Origin: Octopus sinensis
Taxonomy: Eukaryota
Length of the DNA: 64,000 nt
Assembly: GCF_006345805.1 (NCBI RefSeq)
Contig: NC_043001.1
Coordinates: forward strand, 59,582,001-59,646,000
Reading direction: 5' to 3'
In this document: positions 26,001 through 37,375 of the stretch, in pieces
How positions within the stretch are numbered: the stretch's first letter is position 1
Layout: each line of letters opens with the position of its first letter
Translations under genes and position numbers: made by a program
Notes under the pieces: model-generated
Seen by the model: only the letters and a program-made list of their open reading frames with translations
Told to the model about the DNA's origin: nothing
The model's database searches: none

Positions 26001-28047
26001 TTTTCATAAACGATGTTTGAACTACTGATGTTATGATATTCTCTACCTTCAGTTTTATTGAAGTTGGTTTGCCCTAAGAGCGACCTCATTCTAACTTTCA
26101 ACTGTACCTATAATGAGCCTATGATAAGTACTGCATCCTGTTACAAACATAAATTTTAATATAGGGTCACCACAGGGATCATACCTTCTCAAAATTACAT
26201 TAATCTAGAAGATGTTTGTGCGTCTTATAAAGAGGCACTGGTTACAGTTGTTTCAATACTTTTGATTATCTGAAGAAAACACGATTGATAGCATGGAATC
26301 AAAATCACAGCAAATTGTGTCCTAGTTTCATCTGAACTGGGTAGGATGGGAAAATGTGTCATATTTATTCATCTGATCAAGAACAATTCTCAGAGGTATG
26401 ATTCTAATATTGTCACTACTATCAATTTTATCATTGTTCATTGTGGTTTAATTACTGTCCAAGGTTGTACCAATGTCCATTGTATCCTTACTGGTAAAAT
26501 CATTGATATTATCATTTTTATTTTAATTCATTTTTGTGTTTCGAAGCAGCAGTAAACTTCCTCTTCGCACCCAATGAATATATTAATACAAGTCTTGTGT
26601 AACATAGTCATGTATATGGAATGCGGTTCGAAGAAGAAGGGTACTGAGACAATTGTAACCAGCATCGAACTTATGCTATTTTGATATCTTCATCTTCTTC
26701 CTTGTTTTATAAATGTATGTGCGTATGGTCTATCTATATATTTGTGTAAATTTATGTGCTTCCGGATGTACTAATATTATAATGCATATATGTATAATAA
26801 TTTATAGTATATTATAAACTTAATATTTATCAACCATGGAGCATCTTAGATAATGGCAATCTGTCACATTCCTGGTTGAAATAATTTGAAATACGTTCCT
26901 TTACGCTGCCAATAATATTTACAGCCATACTAACGCCATAATATCGCATTTCATTCCACATTCTAGCTGTTCATATATAAGATATGATTTTATTGACTGT
27001 TGTACAACCGTCAAAGTCTGTATTGCACGTTGGTTTCCTCATGACACACACGTGTACACAACCAGAGACACACACACATAATGTACACAAACTCACATAT
27101 TCATCCCGAACATGCTACCTTACTCTTCTACATGTGATTCTACTAGGAAGAAATCAATATTTATCACCCAATTGCTTCAGGGAAGAGTAGCTTGTAATGT
27201 CATTCAGCCCTTTGGGAAGATGGAGGAATTTAATAGGATATCTACACACGACACTTACAGCTTGAATATTTATTAGAGCTTCTGGAATTATATATTTGGA
27301 TATCTGCACAATGTGATAAATTTCGGTATTTATATGAGAATTCAGTTTGGTTAACACTAGACTATATAGATAATAACGAAGAGACAGCAGTATTATTAAC
27401 GGGATATATGCAGGTGTAAATGGATTGCGCTCACTGTATGCTTTTGTTTCATTTAGTTGTGAGCTCTAGTTCCATCCACTTAAACCAAACGACCAATATT
27501 GATAAATAGATACCGTTAAAATACAGTGGTAAATTTTTCAACGTTGTAGGTTAGTATGTTTTGTATAGTTCACATTTATGAAGTTTATTCTGGTCGTGTC
27601 AGAATTTCATCTACATCACACAGCAAAATTCAGGTGCACCCTAACGAAATTTAGTTGTTGTCGTTGTTTAATCTTTATGAAATTATTTCCAGAAATTTAA
27701 ATCCATCATCACTTCATCTTAATGCATGTAATATGCACCCAGAATACCATTATTTAATCTCTGTTTTTTTTTAAATGATTATGATTGATGCGTGATACGA
27801 TTTAAATGTCATTTCTCAAGTTCAAACGAGTACATAACTTTCTCCCTCCTTATTTTAAATAATCATGCGATGAAACTATTATTTGCAGCAAGAATATGAT
27901 TTGTCAAAGTAACAATTTATAGCTATACGGTGTGAGACGGTTCAAAGTAAACTGACCCGGTTTAAGATATAGTGAAACATCGTGGTTAGCTTTGATTAGT
28001 CTTCATCTAGTTATTCAGTATATTATCTACTTAATTGAATGTTCACT

Positions 28048-28990
28048 CTTTGGGGGTCAGCTGAAAAGTTCATCGACTGACCGAGTTATTCTCATGTAGT
28101 GTGACCAAATGAGGTTTATTTTTCAAAATAGTTCCCTTTGTGGTCCTCACAATTCTTCCGGCAGTATTGCAGAACTTGGATCCCATTTCTAAAGAAGCTT
28201 CCATTCTGTTGGTAGAAAAAGCCATCAACAGCAAATATGACATCATCATCATCATCACTACGATACTGATTCTCAACCACGTACTTTTTCATGATGGGAA
28301 ATAGTTGATAAACAGATGGGGCGAAATAAGGAGAATAGGGTGGGTTATCAACCAGTTCAAAGCCACAATCACGCACAAGAGCTATTGAAACAAAAGACCA
28401 GTGTACTGGAGCATTGATAGCGTTTTTTGACAGCCTCAGCAAGTTGGCATATTACTCTCCATTGATGATGTGTCCCCTTTCAAAACAGTCAATAAACACA
28501 ATAACCTTTTGCATCTCAAAAATCCGAGGCCTTTAATATTCCAGCAGATGAATCGACCTTGGCTTTCTTTGGAGTAGGTGAAGAGGGGCATTTCCACTGC
28601 ATAGATTGTCTTTGTCTATGGCACAAAGTGATAACTCATCCTGGGTTATGAATCGTTGAAAAAAACGAGCTGGATCTGTGTCAAACAGTGTCAGTTTTTC
28701 CCGTGATGTAATTAGCCTGATGAACTTTTGATCAGGTGTCAGAAGACGTGGCACCCACCGTGCAGAATTCTTCATGCTTAGTTCATTGTGAAGAGTATTT
28801 GCAATTTTGTCACAGGTTATCAGCTATTTAATTTATAATCAATTACTTGTCATCCATCACCATGTGGTGAACACGATCAATGTTTTCCTCGTTTGTATCA
28901 GTTGCAGGACGTCTAGACCTTGGGTCATCTTCAAGTCACACTCCTAAATTCAGCGGCCGCTTTTCTACGGTTGATTCTTATTTTCACTAA
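28048..28990 (-). mobile_element. Degenerate mariner transposon (5'-truncated)
   Basis: SARWVPRLLTPDQK and NPPYSPYFAPSVY are mariner WVPxL and YSPDLAP motifs. The terminal gggggtcagctgaaaagttc at about 28051-28071 is the TIR. Confidence 0.9.
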
Positions 28991-30296
28991 TAACAGGTTG
29001 CATAACTAACAAATATTACTCAATAATTATGTCCAACCGAACGTACTAGATTTTCCTGAGCTAAGCAAACAAATAGGGGAGCTATGGCATACCGGAAGTT
29101 ATCTGCACATAAGTATCCATACTACTATTACTACATTTTAGGATCTTCCTTATGCAAGCTTCTTATGGGAATGCTAAATGATTTTAGTCCTTTTGAAACC
29201 TGTCATAAATCAGGTTAGCACTTTGGTGGATACATCGATTTGCGCACAGAGCTTCTTTATTGGGGAAGAAAATAGGTACATCTTCGCCTAGGATTGATCA
29301 ACAAACTGGAAATCTGTTCATAGAGAGACACTCGACCTCTCTTTTCTGGACATCAGCAACGTATATATTTCGCCAGTATATTTCGATCCTTTCTCCCTTT
29401 CGGCTAGTCTTTGTAATATTCAAACTTTTATTTTTTCTCCTGAGGTATGCTTTTTACATAAAAATTATATATAGCTTAACTTCAAGTCAGTAAAGTTAAA
29501 AATATACAAAGTAGGCTACCCACCAACAAGATAACCTCTTTTATTGTTATTCTCACTGGTAGTTGAATGCTCTGGTAAGTCGTCTGTGTTATCTGTCAAA
29601 GCTACCCTCTATTTTTCGTACACCCATAGCATAAAAAGAATGGTATTACATTTATTTGTTCGCCCTTCCACAGCGAAGCTTTGTAATATTTAATTGTACA
29701 TGTGAGTGTATGTGTTTACGTGTACGTAATATTTGTGCGTATGTGTGTGTTACAGAAAGAGAAGGAAAGAGAGAGTGAGAGAGAGAGAGAGTATATTAGA
29801 GAATTTACGGATTAATTTGAATGAACCGTAAACTTCGATCAATTTCAATTGGACAATAGCAGAAGAGTGTGTTCTGGCGTGATTTCACTTATTCATAACG
29901 AAATTATCACAAATGCCATGAAGTAAACAAAGCGAGTCGATTCATAGCAATTACATTTGTTAAACATCCAAATATTGATTGAATATACTTAGTATACGAG
30001 AAGATATTGATTTGTGCTGGGGCTAAACCCATTTTGAAATGTATACACTGAGGGTTAAGGTGAGTGAAGCAAAAGATGTGAACGTGAATAACACTGATAA
30101 GTTATTTCAGATTAATAATTGAAGCCGAAGTTATCGTTGTTATTTAAATTTGGAGATAAGGTTTGAAATCATTTCATTTTTTATATATTCATGATTGTGT
30201 GTGTATGTGAGTGTGGTGTACATGTGTGTACATGTTATTATGTATTTATGTATGCATGACTGGAAGAATGCATTCATGTTTGTATGGATGTATATG

Positions 30297-30352
<56 letters not shown>

Positions 30353-30469
30353 TATATATACATACGTACATATACACACATATATGTATATACATACACA
30401 TTGAGAGAAATTGATTTTGAATCATATATATAAATGCATGAATGCACACACACACAGTTCAAATTTATA

Positions 30470-30597
30470 GAAAAACAAAGACGAAGATAGGCGTAGAAAC
30501 AACAAGCAAGTGTATTAGATTCACGCTCGGGAAAAATGGAAAAGTCTTTCAGGTTTCGAATCTACGCTCTCCGACATAAGGGAATAAGATGAAATAA

Positions 30598-30637
<40 letters not shown>

Positions 30638-31700
30638 AAAATGTGTTGAGTTCAGTGGTGGAACATAGTGATGAATGGAAGAAAAGAGGTTGAATGAATG
30701 GGAGATAATAATAGAGAGCTTGAATGAAGGGGAGATAATTCATCGTGATCCCAGCAAGTGGATGTCGTAAGCGTAAGTATGTGAGAATGGCGTCTGTGAA
30801 TATGTATGTACAAATAGAGGCGAATGAGTTTGACATGTGTGTCTGTGTATGCGTGTGTGTGCGTGCGCATGTAACGTGTGTATGTTGCAGCTGATGTGTG
30901 CTTTTTCACGTGATATGTGTATGTGTGTGTATAGTGTATGTATGTGGGTGAAAGTTATCTTTGTGTTTGTTCCGTGTATTTATGCATGATGCGTTTGTGT
31001 GAATGTATATATATCGGATGCGTTCTGGTATTATGTGCTTGTGTAGATGTGGGAGTGTGCATGATAGTGTGTGGTGTGTGTACTGAGTTAAACAATGTGT
31101 GATGTTGCTCATATAGTGGTATGTGTGGTGACGCTATTGAAGATTGTGTGGGGGTATGTTGATGCGTTGTGTGTAAGCTGAGAAGTGTGTGGGACGGTGT
31201 TGTGGGTGTGCGACTAACGGTGTGTGGCGTGATTGATGAGTTAAACAGGGTGTATAGGTGTGGGTATAGTGGTGTATGTGGGTGAGGTTACCAAGGTTGG
31301 TGGCATGTGGGTGTGCAGAGTATGGGAGGTGAGTGGGACCCATGTGGGATTGGTGCCAAATGAAGAGAGGGGTTGAGATTGGTGTCAGATGAAGGGTAGA
31401 GATGTGTTGAGCCAAGGTGATGCAAAGGAACGAAGAGAGAAGATTAATTCCTGTTCACAGCGAAGACGGGAGTCCGGGTGGCCTGTGTGCAGAGACAGTC
31501 CAATCACAGACAGAGGTTGTAGCGAATGACCGGTGGAGCGATCGGACTGGAGTCGCCGGAAGGCTTGGAGAATGATGTATTGGCGGGGCAGGCTGAAGGG
31601 GTAGTAGGTGAGGGGAAACGGGAGACTGGTAAGTATAGGCTGGGTATGAGGAGAAAGAGCAGAGGTATGGCCCACAGATCGTGCCTGGGCAAAGGCAGTG
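30470..31700 (-). mobile_element. 5'-truncated PLE: GIY-YIG C-terminus, GT/CA-rich 3' region and pLTR remnant
   Basis: STGHSLQPLSVIGLSLHTGHPDSRLRCEQELIFSLRSFASPWLN matches the PLE endonuclease end. A decayed hammerhead (cTTATGT...gagcgtagattCGAAAC) lies at about 30541-30590. Confidence 0.7.
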
Positions 31701-31809
31701 TAGATAAATACATATATATATATATATATATACTGCCTTACATCTTCACACACATCCCAGGTAACAATGAGGCCTTCAACACTATACTCCAAAGCACACC
31801 TCTACTCAA

Positions 31810-32148
31810 AGGGACCCAAAGATGAATCAAATTCTGAAAACACACACAAGTAAGAGACAGCCAAAATTTTAAACCAGTCCAAATTACACTCAACCATAAC
31901 CACAAAGCCGACAGTAAAAAGGTGCTGGAGGCCCAACTGTAGGATCTGTATCAACGTAATAGAAGGATCAGAATACCAATTAGAACAAGGCCAAACTTTT
32001 ATTATAGAAACTAACTTTACATGTACATCGGGGAATTTGATTTACTTAATTACATGCTCGGGTTGGAAACGACAATATATTGGACACGCAAAAAACGGCT
32101 TACGTCAGAGGATGGTGGTGCACATATCCCAAATTAGAATTATTAAAT
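31810..32148 (+). mobile_element. PLE GIY-YIG endonuclease fragment
   Basis: Translates FTCTSGNLIYLITCSGWKRQYIGHAKNGLRQRMVVHISQIR, similar to the endonuclease at about 58.8 kb. Confidence 0.8.
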
Positions 32149-32390
32149 ATGTGAGAGGATTTAGAAGATGGGGCAGTCCTTATCAAGATCTTATTTAGGA
32201 CAGTGGTATAGGAAATAACTGACATGAGCCTGGATGTGAACAGGGTAATAACAAGTTTTGAGAACATGCTGGTGGGAAAGCTCTCTCAGCCTGATGGTCC
32301 ATAGAGTGTAAGGGGGTCCAAGGATGAATCAAAACGATCGTGGTGCTGATTAAAGATTCGTACTAGATCCAGCTTCCGTTTCCTTTATCA

Positions 32391-32475
<85 letters not shown>

Positions 32476-33061
32476 TATATATATATGTTTGTATACAAAT
32501 AAGTACAGATATACAGATTACTCTACTTTTATGTATATGCCTTTGTTTTTTTACTCACTTAGATAGGTGATCTATATATTTTTTAAGTAATGTAATTGAT
32601 TTTTAAATATGAATACCGCAAATATGAATTTGCATTTGAATACACGATGGATGCATAGAATTTGTTGTAAAGCAGTGTTTTACTATAAACTCTCCTATTT
32701 GGAAAAATCTTTATCCCATTAATAAATATGTACTATTATTATTATGAGGTATTGAATTACTTCCCTTGCCAGCATCTTTCCACTTTAGATACATTAGAAA
32801 AGATGTGTGCATGCGGATATTATCTAGAGTAGATGGTTTCTATATCATGCCTGAAAGTTAATCGTTTAAGAATGTGAACATTAAATGTTTTTATAGTCTT
32901 TGGAGCTCCTTACACTCTATGGGCCACCAGGCTTAGAGAGCTTTCCCACCAGCATGTTCGCAAAACTTGTTATCACCCTGTTCACATCCAGGCCCATGTC
33001 AGTTATTTCCTATACCACTGTCCTAAATAAAGACTGCCCCATTTCCTAAATCCTTTCACAT
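32149..33061. mobile_element. Foldback/MITE-like element with ~170-bp inverted termini (32149-32322 / 32899-33061)
   Basis: The arms are about 90% reverse-complement identical by eye and enclose a (TA)n tract and AT-rich spacer with no ORF. Confidence 0.7.
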
Positions 33062-34355
33062 GTTTGTACTTCATAGCGGATCTCAATGCTAAAATGATAC
33101 ACAGAATGAGATCAACGACATGATTGAACCCCATAGGATACTCATTCTAGGCTTCTTCATGTCTGTTGCATGTGCGATGGAATAGCACAAAAAGTTTTGA
33201 TGTGGATGTAAAGCAACATATTTCGAAGATAGCTCAAGAAAGAATAATAATAATGAACTAAACGTTTTAGCAAGAAATGGAGCTTGAAAATGCCCTAACC
33301 CTAACCTTAATCCTAACGACAAAGCTATATAGAGAAAGAAAGAAAACCGTTAATCGAGAAAGAAAGAGAACCGTTAATCGAGAAAGAAGGCAAAATATGA
33401 ACTATGATGGTAAGGCAGAATGTGAATACTACCGAGAAGAGAAAATATGACCATAGGAAAAAGAGAAGGTTTCCTAGAAATTGATTGAAGGATTATGAGT
33501 GAAATGGTAGGATAAAGAGTGTGAAGATGTTTTTGACTAATGTAGTACCGCAAAATGAGCTGCAGAATTTCCAATGGTGTTGTTAATAGTGAGTTAATAA
33601 CTTTTATATTTCTTTTAAATATATAAGTATTTTCATATTTATTACCAATGTTTTTAGACTCTTAGAGATATTCGAGAAGTCTTCAAATAACGTTCTGCAG
33701 AGCCTTTCTTCGAATAAAAGCCTTCTTCTTTCACCTTAATTCCAGTGGTTATTAACTTGTTTAATATGGCATATACTTCAGGATTTCCTTTGTTAATTAT
33801 TTGTTGTAGATGTTGCAGATGTTACTACTTTTTAATATCTATAATTCTGATATGAGAAAGTTTGTTTGTTTGTCTGGTTTTGGCATTGGAACGTGTTAAA
33901 GGGCACTAGATCCTATCGGATTGACTCCAAAATTTACAGTGACATGTAAAATAAGATGAGGATGTGAGTGAGCTAGGTTAGAAATCCCAATCTTAAAAGG
34001 TGTGGTTACTAGGGCAAAAAACGCACACTTTGACAATTCTTCTCTCATTCTCTTATCTGCTTGTCTTTCTCCGTCTTTCTCTCTTTTCTCCCTTCCTTTT
34101 ACTTTCTCTCTATAACGTTGTTTGACAGCGTCTACTATCTTTCCCCCACCGCTTTCGCCAGCGCTGTCACTCTCCCACATTTTCTCTCTCTCTCTCTCTC
34201 TCTACGTCTGTCTGCATTCATAGAGAGAATTATTATTGCCACACCCACCACACAATCATGAGAACAAATATTATGAATCAGATATTTATTGGGTTAATTT
34301 ATACATGTGCGTGTGTTCTATATATAAATATGTATATATAATGTATATATATGTG

Positions 34356-34427
<72 letters not shown>

Positions 34428-34647
34428 GTATACATTTGTATATATATTGCGTACACACACACACATATATATAATGCGTATATATGTACATATATATATA
34501 TAATGCGTATATATATATAATGCGTGCATTATGTGGTCGGTTGAGCTGAAAATATGCACACCTATGTTAAAAGTGCTGGCGAGTTTGCATAGCAACTATT
34601 TTTTCCTCAAATGAAAGGCGTGACCTCTAGGACAAAATTTTTCATCT

Positions 34648-35019
34648 TATAAAATGTGGCCCGAGTAGACCCGAATGAAATCGGGTTATATTAACCAAAA
34701 TAGGAAAAGAGGTCTACATGGGGATGGAAGGGGATTAAAATTTACAGGAGCGGGTGTTTAGGAATTCATCATGGACGGCAACACATTGACGATTTAAAGG
34801 GTGGCGCAAATTTTTTAGCATGATATAAAATGTGGCCGAGTAGACCCGAATGAAATCGGGTTATATTAACCAAAATGGGAAAAGAGGTCTACATGGGGAT
34901 GGAAGGGGATTAAAATTTACAGGAGCGGGTGTTTAGGAATTCATCATGGACGGCAACACATCATGCTAAAAAATTTGCGCCACCCTTTAAATCGTCAATG
35001 TGTTGCCGTCCATGATGAA
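34648..35019. repeat. Duplication-inversion: A-B-A-inv(B)-inv(end of A)
   Basis: Direct repeat 34648-34786 / 34824-34961 plus a perfect 59-bp inverted repeat 34765-34823 / 34961-35019. Confidence 0.92.
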
Positions 35020-35566
35020 GAAGTTTTGAATGCTTGCCATGGTGAGTCTACTGTCGTGAGAAAGAATCACTTCAAAACTTGACGTTTAGGAATTTTCTTT
35101 TACATAAAGTTCAAAATTTTACACCAGCCGTTAAACTGCCACTACGTTGCTGTCCATCGTTAATAATAGCCAGCCATGGTGACTCTACTATCCTCAGATT
35201 CTATCCCTTCAAACTTTGGTTTCCAATATTTTTTATTTTTATTTAGCTCGCAAGTTCGTTTGTCCCTTTTAAATGTTAGTGTTTTGCTGTCTGCCTTAAA
35301 GCAGACCTTTCCGTTGTCACTGCCTGATATTTATGATTGATCTTTCAAAATATTTCTTTCTTAACTCACTCAAGATCTTTTGTTGTTTATAAATGGGAGA
35401 GAGATAGATAGAGAAAGATAGGTAGTAAGAGAAAGCGAGGGAGAGTCCGAGAGAAATGAAGAGTAAGAGAGTGGGAATGTGAGAGAGAAAGGAGAGAGAA
35501 ACAAAGAAGGAGAATGTGGTGATAAAAAACAGAAAGGAAGCAACAGAAAGTAACATCCACACTCTT

Positions 35567-35599
35567 ACCCGCGCGTAGAGCGGGTCACCTTAAGCTAGT
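35567..35599 (+). mobile_element. Helitron-like 3' terminus
   Basis: Hairpin acccgc-gcgtaga-gcgggt followed about 10 nt later by CTAG|T. The 5' end was not located. Confidence 0.5.
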
Positions 35600-36106
35600 T
35601 GTAAATAAATCTGAGCTGATACAAATTTAAAATGCTTCAGATATCGCTAGCTTCATTTCTACACATGTCACTATAAGTGCACTTAACAGATTTTCTTGAA
35701 TTTCCTTATTATCATATGTTTAGTACTTTGCCTAATAGCAATATACTTTGTCCGATATAGTTTTCTAGAAATCTTTATCTTTCATCAAATGCAGGTATTT
35801 ATTACAATTCAGTCTTCCTCAATTTGTAACATTGGCGTTCGAAATATTATAATGAATTTTTGGAATATTTTGTATGTTATATGTTTCCTTTTGCATTTGA
35901 TTGAAATATTTCATTTTATTCTATCTTCATATACGTATTTATTTATAAATATGGTCAAATATTTCGGTGATTTTTAGGGTTAAATGCTGATAGTTACTTT
36001 AACATTTTTCACGATATTACGTTCTTTTTCTTTCCTTAAGTCTGATAGAGACTGTAAAAACATTACACGAATATATACATAGACACCCCACCCTATATAT
36101 ACATAT

Positions 36107-36201
<95 letters not shown>

Positions 36202-36253
36202 TATTGGTGAATTGAAGAAATGGAGCTGAACGCAGATTGAACAGAAATCGTTT

Positions 36254-36347
36254 TATTTCATTCTACACGTGTTTCGAAAGGCACAATTTACCAAAATCCG
36301 ATTGAATAATGGGACCAAATTGTGTCTTTCTCTTCAGGAAGAAAATA
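36254..36347 (-). ncRNA. Type I hammerhead ribozyme, inverted copy, intact core
   Basis: Reverse complement of the 36974-37067 motif. CTGAAGA at 36331-36337, palindrome acacgtgt in stem III, GTA triplet at 36264-36266. Confidence 0.8.
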
Positions 36348-36973
36348 GGAAATCCGTTGGAAAAAACAAAAACAGAACAGAGGCGGAGCAAAAACAAATA
36401 ATACCGGCACCCATAGCCCTTGGTAACTAATTCTGAAATAGCCTTTAAGATATCTACGATTAACCACTGCAAGGGGAATTACTCCTGTAAGATAAACGGG
36501 GCTTGGTTTTTTTCACAACGGGGGGTTTCCTTGACAAGGCAGGCTTAGATGAACACACACACACATAAAACATAATATATATAATTTTTTTCTGCCACCC
36601 AACGGTTCTCACTGCAGTAGCCACTGACAGCCGAACGATCAAACGCACACATGTACACAAAAAATGTTTTCTACCCCTACGCCAGCACACACATATATAG
36701 AACAGTATACACACACACGTCTCTAAGTAGATTTTTTCTCGCCCCTTATAAAACATCCAATATTCCTTAAATAGTCAGAACTTTATTCTCGGTCACAAAG
36801 AACATCTACACACCCTCACCCACATGATTGACCGATGCCTGACCCGTTAAATTCTTCAGCCACCGGTTCTCAACATACACTGATAAACAGTTTCGCCATG
36901 GGCTCTTAGGAGCCTAGTTCGATTTGTTTTTGCTCCGCCTCTGTTCTGTTTTTGTTTTTTCCAACGGATTTCC

Positions 36974-37067
36974 TATTTTCTTCCTGAAGAGAAAGACACA
37001 ATATGGTCCCATTATTCAATCGGATTTTGGTAAATTGTGCCTTTCGAAACACGCGTAGAATGAAATA
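36974..37067 (+). ncRNA. Type I hammerhead ribozyme, PLE-associated type, intact core
   Basis: Stem I tattttcttc/gaatgaaata; CTGAAGA at 36984-36990; stem II Gaaagacacaat/attgtgcctttC (11 of 12 bp) with a long loop; GAAAC at 37046-37050; minimal stem III with palindrome acgcgt; GTA cleavage triplet at 37055-37057. Confidence 0.8.
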
Positions 37068-37271
37068 AAACGATTTCTGTTCAATCTGCGTTCAGCTCCA
37101 TTTCTTCAATTCACCAATAATATTTTAATTTCAATTATCCGCACCAACGCACGGTTGCAACACCATATGGTTGTACCTCCAACCGTGCTGTTTACTGCTG
37201 TGATTTTTGCTACCAAGGTATCGGTTAAACTTTTGATTAATCTACTACAAGATTATTCATCTTTCTATTTC

Positions 37272-37375
<104 letters not shown>

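Larger units (their letters stand above)
36198..37123. repeat. 202-bp near-perfect inverted repeat (36198-36399 / 36922-37123) around a 522-bp spacer
   Basis: Direct comparison of the arms shows two mismatches that I could see. Confidence 0.92.
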
